Shown here: positions 10,495 to 21,654 of the stretch, in pieces
How positions within the stretch are numbered: position 1 is the stretch's first letter
Layout: each line of letters starts with the position of its first letter
Origin: Octopus bimaculoides
Taxonomy: Eukaryota
Assembly: GCF_001194135.2 (NCBI RefSeq)
Contig: NC_069006.1
Location: 3,636,717-3,700,716 of the forward strand
DNA: 64,000 nt
Reading direction: 5' to 3'
Made by a program: the position numbers and the translations under genes
Notes under the pieces: model-generated
What the model saw: the letters and a program-made list of their open reading frames with translations, nothing else
Databases searched by the model: none
Told to the model about the DNA's origin: nothing

Positions 10495-12348
10495 ATGAGC
10501 GACCCTGTTGATAAATTCTATAAAAGTATCGTAGAAGATGTTGTTCAGTCCAGCCGTGAACTGTTTATAGATGAAGGTATCGACGAAACTGTTCTTACGG
10601 AGATGAAAGCAGCGTGGTTAAAGAAAATCCAAGATTCTAAAGTGTTTGAATTTTCTAAAGTGAACAGAACAAATGCTGATGTTAATGGTTATGGAATTAT
10701 TTCTCCTGTGTGTAGCAACAACAATTCTGAACTATTTGTTCCTTCTATTCATTTGGCGAGACCTCGCATACGCGGACCACGAAGTTCTTGTACAACTGCT
10801 ACTATAGCCCTGCCGTATGGACTTTACAACCAGCAAATTAGGGATTTAAATAATGCCGGAATCTCTCTTCAACATAATGGTAATGGACATTTTTTAGCCA
10901 TTCTCCCACCAGAACAACATCTACTGCAGCCACTTTCTACTGCTTGGACTTCTGAGAATTCAGGGTTAGGGTCCCATTCTGTTAAAGATAACAACAAACC
11001 GACTTCACGGTGTTTTCCTTTAAATTTAAATTTGCCTTCCATTCACCAAAATGGAAGCTCGCCTTCCAAATTGCATGGTCCGGCTACCAAAACCCATTTA
11101 CCATTAAGGGTTGCTGTAATTAGTGAAAGTACTACACCGACTACAGTTAGTTCTTCTCTGTCCAGTGCTACCGGTCAAGTTAGTTCTACTAGGGTTGTAC
11201 ATACAAACGTTAATTCTGTCAAGGACCTGAATAATTGTGACAACACCAATGCAAATGACCCTGTTGGTCAGTTGTCAACGAATGAAAGTGAGCTACTTGG
11301 AGATGCTGGACCAAACAACAGGACCCGCTGTAGCATTTCTGAGAAAAACGATAGTAACTCGGTTCAACAGGTACAGAAAAGTTTAATAACCACACATACA
11401 GAAACCAATAAAGCGAACAGCGAATTTTTAACTCCTCAAGTCTCCTCTTCTACTCAGTCTTGTCACGGAGGAAATATGGAGCAGAATTACTTTTGCAGTT
11501 CGAACCAGCCCAATCGTCTTCCCGTCTCTTCACTTTCCCACCAAGATAACTTTACAGGTTACTCTACAGTTAAACCATTGCCTCCTTTTTACCACGAGAG
11601 TAGAACGTCGGTGGACAACACTCCGTCCACTCTAGAGGACTTTCTTGAGGATATCTCCGGCCCACTTTCGCAAAATTATCAAAGTTACGTTCCAGACGAA
11701 AAACACCCTAAATTTCCTCCAGCTGATACCACCACCTCCAATAATAATAATAAACCTACCTTGTTAAATGACTCACTGGGCCAGACCCCCATCATGTCTG
11801 TGGCATCATCTTCAGATAATTCTTGTAAAGGAAGTGGCCTCAGAAAAATATGTCAGTTAAGTGAGGAAGATATGAAAACTATAGAGGAAATTTTACAAAT
11901 GGACGGAACTAATGACACAGAAATAGAGGACCTAGCTGGACATAATTTGGGCAATGGCACAAACATGTCTCCAGTCAGGGTCAAAAGCAAAAGTTTGAAT
12001 ATGTCTTGTCAATTTGATGGTGAGAACACGGGTTCAATTTCTTCCTCTGACAACAACACAAGCAAAGATGAAGAAAGCAGCAGCGAATCTGAAAGTAGCA
12101 GCATAAGCGATGAAATTGACGAAGAAATTGTAGACATTGGTATTGAATCTGACCCGTTAAATACTGCCGACGATGACAGCGATGCCGACATTTGCGCCAT
12201 GTTCGAATCAGAAAACGTTATCGTCTGTCAGTTTGTGAAGATTTCTCGCATCAAAAACAAATGGAAGTTTCAGTTAAAAGACGGCATTTTGAACCTGTTT
12301 GGTCGAGATCTGTTGTTCTCTAAGGCAGTCGGAGATGCTGAATGGTAA
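10495..12348 (+). CDS. GTF2A1: Intronless transcription factor IIA large subunit (alpha/beta) homologue, 617 aa; probable diverged paralogue or retrogene
   Basis: N-terminal alpha region MSDPVDKFYKSIVEDVVQSSRELFIDEGIDETVLTEMKAAWLKKI. C-terminal beta region DPLNTADDDSD...FESENVIVCQFVKISRIKNKWKFQLKDGILNLFGRDLLFSKAVGDAEW*. Taspase-type QMDG site followed by an acidic stretch. Single uninterrupted ORF. The start was set at the homologous Met rather than the upstream ATG at 10333. Confidence 0.93.
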   Translation: MSDPVDKFYKSIVEDVVQSSRELFIDEGIDETVLTEMKAAWLKKIQDSKVFEFSKVNRTNADVNGYGIISPVCSNNNSELFVPSIHLARPRIRGPRSSCTTATIALPYGLYNQQIRDLNNAGISLQHNGNGHFLAILPPEQHLLQPLSTAWTSENSGLGSHSVKDNNKPTSRCFPLNLNLPSIHQNGSSPSKLHGPATKTHLPLRVAVISESTTPTTVSSSLSSATGQVSSTRVVHTNVNSVKDLNNCDNTNANDPVGQLSTNESELLGDAGPNNRTRCSISEKNDSNSVQQVQKSLITTHTETNKANSEFLTPQVSSSTQSCHGGNMEQNYFCSSNQPNRLPVSSLSHQDNFTGYSTVKPLPPFYHESRTSVDNTPSTLEDFLEDISGPLSQNYQSYVPDEKHPKFPPADTTTSNNNNKPTLLNDSLGQTPIMSVASSSDNSCKGSGLRKICQLSEEDMKTIEEILQMDGTNDTEIEDLAGHNLGNGTNMSPVRVKSKSLNMSCQFDGENTGSISSSDNNTSKDEESSSESESSSISDEIDEEIVDIGIESDPLNTADDDSDADICAMFESENVIVCQFVKISRIKNKWKFQLKDGILNLFGRDLLFSKAVGDAEW

Positions 12349-13792
12349 CAACACCGAGCAAATTTAATTCAAGTCTTTGCAGTCAATGTTTTTGTTATAA
12401 ATCTTAAATTATTGATGAACCCTTTAATCACTGTTGCTTAGCCCCAGGTCAGCCTTGACCCGGTTAATCTATGATAATACATTCCAGTCAGGAACATCCC
12501 AGTTTTTATTCAGACATATCTCGTGCTATTCCGTGTTCCGATTTTTTTTTTGATTTTTTTTGTAAGGCAATAAAGGTGAAATATGAGGGGGACATGACTA
12601 TTGTTTCTAGAAGATAATACCATGTCGAGGACCCATAGTGGTTAGTATTTAATCTTTGTTGTATTTCTTTGTGATAGCTAAACAAACAGCAAATGGTGTC
12701 CGTGAATTGGGGTTTCTATTTCTGTTCGGAATCTCTTTAAGTTGCAATTGTAAATGATGTTGAAATAAGCACGAACACAGCATCCATATTTATGATTGTT
12801 TCCTCTGTTGTGTTATGATCGGATGGGTGAGGGTAGCTACATCTGGCCAGTACCTTCATCTTATGTTACAGCAAGTGACTTGACTCTATTTGAAAGCTGA
12901 CGAAATGTCACAAATATAGATGGAAAACCGGTTGGAACGTCAGGTGAAAAAAAGATTACGATAGTTGTTTTAATTTTATCTTTTTTTTTAGTGTGTGTGT
13001 AATATATATATATATATATANNNNNNNNNNNNNNNNNNNNNNNNNNNNNNNNNNNNNNNNNNNNNNNNNNNNNNNNNNNNNNNNNNNNNNNNNNNNNNNN
13101 NNNNNNNNNNNNNNNNNNNNNNNNNNNNNNNNNNNNNNNNNNNNNNNNNNNNNNNNNNNNNNNNNNNNNNNNNNNNNNNNNNNNNNNNNNNNNNNNNNNN
13201 NNNNNNNNNNNNNNNNNNNNNNNNNNNNNNNNNNNNNNNNNNNNNNNNNNNNNNNNNNNNNNNNNNNNNNNNNNNNNNNNNNNNNNNNNNNNNNNNNNNN
13301 NNNNNNNNNNNNNNNNNNNNNNNNNNNNNNNNNNNNNNNNNNNNNNNNNNNNNNNNNNNNNNNNNNNNNNNNNNNNNNNNNNNNNNNNNNNNNNNNNNNN
13401 NNNNNNNNNNNNNNNNNNNNNNNNNNNNNNNNNNNNNNNNNNNNNNNNNNNNNNNNNNNNNNNNNNNNNNNNNNNNNNNNNNNNNNNNNNNNNNNNNNNN
13501 NNNNNNNNNNNNNNNNNNNNNNNNNNNNNNNNNNNNNNNNNNNNNNNNNNNNNNNNNNNNNNNNNNNNNNNNNNNNNNNNNNNNNNNNNNNNNNNNNNNN
13601 NNNNNNNNNNNNNNNNNNNNNNNNNNNNNNNNNNNNNNNNNNNNNNNNNNNNNNNNNNNNNNNNNNNNNNNNNNNNNNNNNNNNNNNNNTTAATAAAGTG
13701 AAACAACAGATAAGCGAAGCAAGAAATAACTGAAAACAGCTCGTCAAACTTGTTTCACGAGCTGCTTTTGGCAAAACTTCGAAGTCGTAGAA

Positions 13793-14808
13793 CTAATGTG
13801 TTTTTATTGCCAGCGAAGACCACACCCGTTCACCGTCCAGGTAGAACCACAGGTGCCTCAGCCTCAGCCTCAGCGCATCAATAGCCAAGGCATCCCTAGC
13901 CCACCCTTTGACGGTTGTTGCCAGCAAATAGAGCGTCTCACAAGCGGTTTCGAGCCCTGCCACAAGAAGTGGAAGAGCTGTCTTTCCAGCTTGATCAACC
14001 ACGAATCAGAACAAGGCACGACGGTTAGGCGGTATGTGATGACCAATGCGATTAACACATTGGCCACCTCCTCCCTCCCTTTCAGGGATAGCCACCGCCA
14101 AGAGCAGGTCTTGGCAATGTGGGTCACCCTGCTCGATACCTCGGCCCAATTCTTCTCTATTTGGAGGTCTGGTCCGAACCAAACTCCTCGCAACTTAATC
14201 GGACCCTCCGTCCAACGTCCCAGGATGCTGTCAGAAGGTATCGACTTGCCTCTCCATGTGCCGACTGATTTTTCACGATTAAGTTTTGCTCCTGCCACAG
14301 TCTCGTATTCCTTAATGGCCTTGCTTACCCTCTGTAGGTGAGCCATTTTGGTCGCGATGACAGTGATGTCATCCGCGTAGGCTGAAACCGACATCTCATA
14401 TCCTGGCTGTCTCGGAATGCCGCTCAGCTTTCGCAGCAATGGCTCAAGAGCCATCACATACAAAAAGGGGGAGAGCGGACATCCTTGACGAACCGAGCGT
14501 TTGACGTGGAACGACTTAGAAGGAAAGCCGTTCAGCCGAACTACCGAGTCGATGTTGTCATACATTTGAATGATCCACCTGAGGAAGCCAAGACCCAGGC
14601 CGAACTGTTCCAGAACGGACACCAGGTTGTGATGGTCGACCCTATCAAAAGCTTTTGATTGATCTAAATGGACCACTGCCCCTCCCTTACCGGAATCGTT
14701 ATTAATTCCCTCTATAATGTATCGCATAAGATGGAGATTATCCTGATTGAATCTGCCGAGAATGGCACATGTCTGTACTCCCCCGATCAACCCATCTGCG
14801 ACACGCAT
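13793..14808 (-). mobile_element. Non-LTR retrotransposon ORF2 reverse transcriptase fragment, L1/Tx1-like; frameshifted near its 3' end
   Basis: RT motifs LDQSKAFDRVDH, SVRQGCPLSPFLY, AYADDI and LNREKS, with Tx1/L1-style LSLKGR..VAN and GGLGMP. The frame breaks at a (TGAGGC)3 repeat near 13855-13872 and continues as LRLRHLW in ORF 13793..14002. The 5' side runs into a gap. Confidence 0.9.
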
Positions 14809-15600
14809 CANNNNNNNNNNNNNNNNNNNNNNNNNNNNNNNNNNNNNNNNNNNNNNNNNNNNNNNNNNNNNNNNNNNNNNNNNNNNNNNNNNNNNNNNNN
14901 NNNNNNNNNNNNNNNNNNNNNNNNNNNNNNNNNNNNNNNNNNNNNNNNNNNNNNNNNNNNNNNNNNNNNNNNNNNNNNNNNNNNNNNNNNNNNNNNNNNN
15001 NNNNNNNNNNNNNNNNNNNNNNNNNNNNNNNNNNNNNNNNNNNNNNNNNNNNNNNNNNNNNNNNNNNNNNNNNNNNNNNNNNNNNNNNNNNNNNNNNNNN
15101 NNNNNNNNNNNNNNNNNNNNNNNNNNNNNNNNNNNNNNNNNNNNNNNNNNNNNNNNNNNNNNNNNNNNNNNNNNNNNNNNNNNNNNNNNNNNNNNNNNNN
15201 NNNNNNNNNNNNNNNNNNNNNNNNNNNNNNNNNNNNNNNNNNNNNNNNNNNNNNNNNNNNNNNNNNNNNNNNNNNNNNNNNNNNNNNNNNNNNNNNNNNN
15301 NNNNNNNNNNNNNNNNNNNNNNNNNNNNNNNNNNNNNNNNNNNNNNNNNNNNNNNNNNNNNNNNNNNNNNNNNNNNNNNNNNNNNNNNNNNNNNNNNNNN
15401 NNNNNNNNNNNNNNNNNNNNNNNNNNNNNNNNNNNNNNNNNNNNNNNNNNNNNNNNNNNNNNNNNNNNNNNNNNNNNNNNNNNNNNNNNNNNNNNNNNNN
15501 NNNNNNNNNNNNNNNNNNNNNNNNNNNNNNNNNNNNNNNNNNNNNNNNNNNNNNNNNNNNNNNNNNNNNNNNNNNNNNNNNNNNNNNNNNNNNNNNNNNN

Positions 15601-15950
15601 NGGGGTAATTTTTCTTTGAGTGTCCTGAGTTTTTCTTTTGGTCGTTGTAATGTTGGGTTGGATGTCGTTAATATTTTCCCTTTTTTTTTAGTTCTTACTA
15701 CCGACCAGCCGTCTTTTTCCCCCGGCTTGTTGAACACCATCAGTGCCGAGGTTCTGCTGGTCGGTCTTTTGGTTTTGTTCTTTTTTTCTCCTCTTCTTCT
15801 TTCTCCCTGCGGGTGGGGCAGTTTACCTGAATGTGGCCTTTTTCGCCACATTCGTAGCATCTGGGTTTCCTGCCCTCCATCATTACCCGCAAGGTGGTTT
15901 CTTCTCCGATGTGGATGTTCTCAGCAATTTCTTTTAATGTCTGGGGGCGG
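15601..15950 (-). mobile_element. Possible upstream (ORF1-like) remnant of the same LINE
   Basis: GC-richer basic ORF (…EKDGWSVVRTKKKGK…) on the same strand across the gap from the RT; no diagnostic domain seen. Confidence 0.35.
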
Positions 15951-16849
15951 TGGGGGAGCTTGGATTAATACAACAGTTAATACAACAACAGAACTGTTCA
16001 TTACAAAACCTTAGAAAAGTGCCTTAGCTAATATTTAAGTAAACATTATTTTTATGAAGTCAGGCTTGGTAGAAGAGATTGTCTGGATTAAAATTTGCAT
16101 GTAGTCATGAGCGTCAGGTACAAAATTAGCAAATGCAAGACCCAACTTCGCATGCAGGACCCAGGGTGATGCTTTGAGACTTTTTTTTCGTTGTAAGAGT
16201 GCTTCTTATATGCCTTCAAAAACAGTGATAGCATGTGAAAAATATTTCGTGTATTTGCTGTTAAAAGCTCTTTCTTCTAGCGTTTAATAAACTTGGCAAA
16301 CAATCACGATTTCCTCAAGTTGTGAATATAAATGGACGAAGTTTGGATGTCAGCCGTTTTTGTTTTTTTTTTTCTTTATGCTTTGTTGTTGTTTTTTTTA
16401 TATTTTACTGTTACGGGCCATTCATTTTCGCAAATTATACCATCTAACAATTTTATAATACTGTTTAAAAAGAGAAAAACAGAAAAGAAAGAGGCATAAG
16501 CATGCTTGTGTGATTAAGAGGTTCGCTTTGCAACCAAGTCGCACTGCTTGCACTTTGGGCAAGTGTCTTCTATAGCCATGGGCCTACAAATGCTTCGTGA
16601 GTGAATTTAGTAGGCAAACTGTGGAAGCTTATTGTGTGGGTGTGTGTATTTGTGGTTTGTTTACGTCCCTGTAACTTGACGACTCGGCTAAAGATGTCGA
16701 TAGAATAAGTACTAAAGTTAAAGGAAAAACGTAAGCATTGGGATCGATTTGTTGGACTAAACTCTTCAAGGAAACCATTAAAAGAAACCATTAAAAGATA
16801 AAATGTACTTCACAAAATAACTTAATCTCACTGAAATAACCTGGGTCTG

Positions 16850-17210
16850 CTTCCAGTCGTTAGAGCAGCGGACTCGCGGTTTCGATTCCCAGACCGGGCG
16901 TTGTGAGTGTTTATTGAGCAAAGACACCTAAAGCTCCACAAGGCTCCGGCAGAGGATGGTGGCGAACCCTGCTGTACTCTTCCACCACAACTTTCTCTCA
17001 CTCTTACTTCCTGTTTCTGTTGTGCCTGTAATTCAAAGAGTCAGCCTTCTCACACTGTGTCACGCTGAATATCCCCGAATATCCTACGTTAAGGGTACAC
17101 GTGTCTGTGGAGTGCTCAGCCACTTGCACGTTAATTTCACGAGCAGGCTGTTCCGTTGATCGGATCAACTGGAACCCTCGACGTCGTAAGCGACGGAGTG
17201 CCAACAACAA
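16850..17210 (+). mobile_element. SINE-like repeat (family 4) with (CAA)n tail
   Basis: GTTAGAGCAGCGGACTCGCGGTTTCGATTCCC head, CpG-rich body, tail GGAGTGCCAACAACAA. Single copy in the window, so the assignment rests on structure. Confidence 0.5.
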
Positions 17211-17832
17211 GTGCTTCCTCTAAGGCCTTATATCATATCTAGCTGACATTTTGTCGTTCATTATTTTACTATTCATTCAAATTGTATTTTCTCTGCCCAA
17301 ACGGCACTAATTTACATAAAAAGCGACACTTAATCTTCTTCGTGATTTCTGGCTTTCGCTGCATTTGATATTTGCCCTGGTTAGGGATGAAGAAAAGAAC
17401 AATTATTTAAAGTTATTAGACCTATTTATTATTGGAATAAATAACATTTTGTCCAGGGAAACACCTTTACTTTTTGTTAAGCTAAATATTTCCACTTTTA
17501 GGCTTCCTTCGGAAACGATCGATTTTGTATACTTCTAAATAAGTAGCCTTCTTTTATCTCAGAATTTTGTTTTTCTTACTTTAATCATTTCCAGTGCGAT
17601 TCGAATTGTCGCAGAAAACATTTTTACTGTAGTGTTTTGCGGGAATAGGGGTTGTCGCTCTATTCATTACAACTATTGTTTTACGTTTTTGAAATTTGAA
17701 TAAATTTTACCGCTTTTCAGACATTTGACGGAGTGCCAAGTAGAAACAAACAAACAAATTTATGTGACAACCCAAGCATTGCATATAACAGCATAACTCA
17801 TACTGTATTGGTGCTTTAATGTGTGTCTGCAT

Positions 17833-18092
17833 CAGTGGTTTCCAAGGTAGGCAGTACTGTCCCCCTTGAGGGAAATGGAAAGAAAAGTGGGATAATAATG
17901 GGATGACCAAAATGGGGTGACAGATGTAAAAAAAAATATATTAATGGGTTAATTAGGTTTAGGTTTTATTTGTGAAATACAATTTTGAATTTGTAGCAGA
18001 AAGTGGTCTATATTTGTTGTGGGGGGGGGAGCGCTAGGAATGTGGCCTGGGTGCCAAGGGGGCAGCAGCCTGAAAAAGTTTGGGAACTACTG
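17833..18092. mobile_element. hAT-type MITE
   Basis: TIRs CAGTGGTTTCCAA / TTGGGAACTACTG; 8-bp flanks GTCTGCAT and GTTTACAT (6/8 match) as a decayed TSD. Confidence 0.75.
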
Positions 18093-18342
18093 GTTTACAT
18101 ATACGAAAGTATGGCCATGTGGTGAAGACGTTCTGAGTTGCATCCCTACTGCAAGGCATTTTTGGCAAGATGTTTTGACTTAAGACATGGGAGTGAAACT
18201 GAACTGACATAAAAAAAAAACAAAAAACGCTGTGGAGCTCCTTCCCCACCATCATCAGATAGAGTCTCCCTGTAATTCAAAGGTCTACCATTGTCTCATG
18301 TCACACTGACTCTGCTTGCATATTATGTTAAGAGTACATATA

Positions 18343-18469
18343 CAGGCTGTCCACAAGGTCTGGGTACATGGAGTAAATAAAATCATAACATAAACAATTA
18401 AATATAAGAAATAATAATTTCTGAAAGTATGTGTTAATCCCCATGTACCTAGACTTTGTGGACACCCTG
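18343..18469. mobile_element. Tc1/mariner-type MITE, 127 bp
   Basis: 29-bp TIRs CAGGCTGTCCACAAGGTCTGGGTACATGG / CCATGTACCTAGACTTTGTGGACACCCTG (3 mismatches), flanked by TA on both sides. Confidence 0.85.
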
Positions 18470-19586
18470 TACTTGTATAAATACTTGAAATGCGTAATAC
18501 TTTCAGCAGCTGAACATTGCTAAACCGATGGCTATTGGGAACCGGAGGGTTCTTCCTGGTCAATCACATCATATGGTGGCTATTACTGTCCTCAAGAGCA
18601 GACACACCAGGCTGGTTTCTGTCTCTCATACCTCTGGCAGCCTTCCTGGAGTAGATTATTAACTGATTATTGCAGTACATATAAACTGGATAAGTTCATA
18701 CTTGACTACAAATTGCAGTCCCATCCAGTACTGTGAGGGCAGGCAGCTTCCCTATCATCTGGCTGTAACTTCCCACTTTGTGACTCGGAATTTGCCATTG
18801 GTAGATGAGGCCTGCTTGGAGGTATTTTACATTTGTTGTTTTGTTCCATGTGGCCACAAAGATTTTCTGGCCCTTCTGGAGCCATACTTTATCACGGGCA
18901 GCAGCAGACGTGTGGTATAAGAGACTGGTCACTTTAATTTGCTCCAATGCCACTCTTGCTGCAGTGAAGGCATGCGGCCTAATGGTTAGGGTTTTGTAGT
19001 TAAGATCACAAGATTGTAGTTTCAATTCCCAGACAAAGTGGTGCATAGTGTTCTTGAGGAAAAAACTTCATGCTGCTCCTGTCCACTCAGTTATAAATGA
19101 GTTATCCTGCAATGGACTGGCGTCCTGTTCAGGGAGTTGAGATCTTGATCACTTAAATGCCATGGGAACTGGGTAACTGGTCCTATGGGTCCCATGACTT
19201 GAGACAGTAATGTTCAGGGGTTGATGATGATGATGATGACTGTAGCTGGTGAACAGCCAAGAAATGTGAAGACAACCTCATCTCATCTGCTTAGTCTGGA
19301 GCCATGTATATATATATATATATATATTCTTTTCTTTTCAGTCATTTGACTGTGGCCATGCTGTAGCACCGCCTTCAGTCGAGCAAATTGACTCCAGAAC
19401 TTATTCTTTGTAAGCCTGGTACTTATTCTATTGATCACTTTTGCCAAACTGCTGGGTTATGGTTACATAAACACACAAGCATCAGTTGTTAAGCAATGTT
19501 GGGGGGGGGGNNNNNNNNNNNNNNNNNNNNNNNNNNNNNNNNNNNNNNNNNNNNNNNNNNNNNNNNNNNNNNNNNNNNNNNNNNNN

Positions 19587-19620
<34 letters not shown>

Positions 19621-20826
19621 GATGTGGTAGACAGAAACTGAAAGAAGCCTGTCAGATATATATATATATATATATAAGAGGGGCTTCTTTCAGTTTCTGT
19701 CTACCACATCCACTCACAAGGCTTTGGTTCGCACAAAAGGCTATAGTAGAAGACGACACTTGCCCAAGGTGCCACTGAACCTGGAACCATGTGGTTGGTA
19801 AGCAAGCTACTTACCACACAGCCATTTCTCCTGAACAAATGTGGTCAAACCTTCAATACATCTATCTAGGAGAGCACAATATGAAAGATTCAGATATCTT
19901 GTAATCACAAATTGGTGTTGGATTGTCTGATATGCAGAGGAGATGGCTTGAAAGCATGTTTCATGTTTTGCAGCAGCAGCATCCAGCAGGTGCACTGGTA
20001 ACAACTGTTGGTCAGAGGAAGAAATTACTGTTCTCTTTGGGTAAGAGGGTGGAGTTCTGAGGGTAAGGTGCTGATACATCGACTTAGAAACCACACCATT
20101 TCTTGCCTGAGGAGAACTGTAAAGCAGATTACTTCTCAGGGATCAATTTAGCTATTAAAAATAAAGTTTAAAAATCACTTTAAATTTGTTTGCTCTGAAA
20201 GTTTGAAAACTGAACAGGTACCGAACCAAACGAATAGAATTGCAACTCCAGTTGTCTCCCACAGCTTGTTTGGTAGGAACTTGTTTGGTATCAGTTACTT
20301 CACTGAGTACAAGACTCTCTGAAGTTAATGGATTTCTTGTTATATGTAGGGGTGCATGGCTTAGGGGTTAGGGTGTTGGAATTATGCCCTTGTCTTGCTA
20401 TCATAGGATGGTTGTAAACGAGATCACTGATTCTAGTCTTACATCAAAAACATGTCTAACCATGGCAAAATATTATTTTGTGTTGAAACAAGTGAGGGCT
20501 GGCAACAAAAAGAACATCCAAAGAATGAAAAGTTTTTTTCCTTGGCAAATTCTATCTGACTGATGCAAGCATGGAAAAGCAAACATTAAATGATATGTGT
20601 TCGTCATCAGAGGAAATGAAGGAGGTATTTAAACTAAATTATCTCTTTCTTATTGTATACTATAACTTAGCACAAAATATTTTATTTCGATTTTGTAACT
20701 GGTTTGCAAGATTCTTTATGTGAATTCAGGTGTTGAAACAAATTTTGTTGCGTCTAGGGAGAGTCATTTCGCCAATACTAAAACGAACAACGGACTGTTT
20801 AACAAAGTTAGACAAACAACTGATTA

Positions 20827-21654
20827 GTTTCAGCTGATATACCCTCCAGCCTTCGTCAGGTGTCTTGGGGAAATTTCGAACCTGGGTTCTCATTCCTATC
20901 GATGTTACTATTATTATTATTATATTATTATTATTATTACTATTATTAATCAGGTCGCTGCCGTGAATCGAACTCGGAACCTTGGGGTTAGTAATACAAC
21001 ACTTCACAAATATCTCCTTCGGGTAAAACCACCAACAGAAGAGAATATGACCAAAAACTGCGTGTACTCCATCCCATGCAGCTGTGGTAGGTTATACAAA
21101 GGCGAAACATGTCGCCCCCTCAAAATAAGGGTAGAAGAACANNNNNNNNNNNNNNNNNNNNNNNNNNNNNNNNNNNNNNNNNNNNNNNNNNNNNNNNNNN
21201 NNNNNNNNNNNNNNNNNNNNNNNNNNNNNNNNNNNNNNNNNNNNNNNNNNNNNNNNNNNNNNNNNNNNNNNNNNNNNNNNNNNNNNNNNNNNNNNNNNNN
21301 NNNNNNNNNNNNNNNNNNNGACCGAGTGCAGATATGAATAGCATATGGGAACCGGTATTGAGGAAGGATAGAAAAATAATAGATTTATAAGCCTTAAAAT
21401 TCACCCCATAATTGCCCACAGGCATATGGCTTAGTGGTTAAGAGTGCGGGCTACTAACCCCAAGGTTCCGAGTTCGATTCACGGCAGCGACCTGATTAAT
21501 AATAGTATTAATAATAATAGTAACATCGATAGGAATGAGAACCCAGGTTCGAAATTTCCCCAAGACACCTGACGAAGGCTGGAGGGTATATCAGCCGAAA
21601 CGTTGTGTTAACAACAAACAAGATGAGGACGAATATCCGTCAAATGTAAATAAT
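20827..21654 (+). mobile_element. Penelope-like element relic: inverted partial terminal repeat + GIY-YIG endonuclease 3' end + full terminal repeat
   Basis: 20994-21141 encodes KNCVYSIPCSCGRLYKGETCRPLKIRVEE (GIY-YIG motif pair). After the gap it reads DMNSIWEPVLRK...DL* (stop 21388-21390). 20827-20993 is an inverted, doubly truncated copy of the repeat at 21413-21654. Confidence 0.85.
21564..21609 (+). ncRNA. Minimal type I hammerhead ribozyme motif (needs a dimer for helix III)
   Basis: GACAC-CTGACGA-A-GGCTG(gagggtatat)CAGCC-GAAA-CG-TT^GTGTT. Helix I is GACAC/GTGTT (5 bp), the core is CUGANGA and GAAA, helix II is 5 bp, and AACGTT is palindromic. There is one extra A after the core. Confidence 0.65.

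Noticed and set aside
12897-12945. CTGACGA...GAAA followed by palindromic AACCGGTT as a third hammerhead
   Set aside because: No helix II can form between the core segments, no helix I is evident, and the would-be cleavage position is G.
12348-14808. Causal link between the L1/Tx1 fragment and the neighbouring TFIIA retrocopy
   Set aside because: Opposite strands, 1.4 kb apart, with no shared TSD or poly-A; proximity is unremarkable at this TE density.
19626-19706. Perfect 24-bp inverted repeat around (AT)n
   Set aside because: Explained by two family-1 SINE segments in opposite orientation.
21421-21495. Functional tRNA gene at the head of the Penelope repeat
   Set aside because: The acceptor stem does not pair and the sequence is part of a dispersed repeat; treated as a tRNA-derived promoter only.
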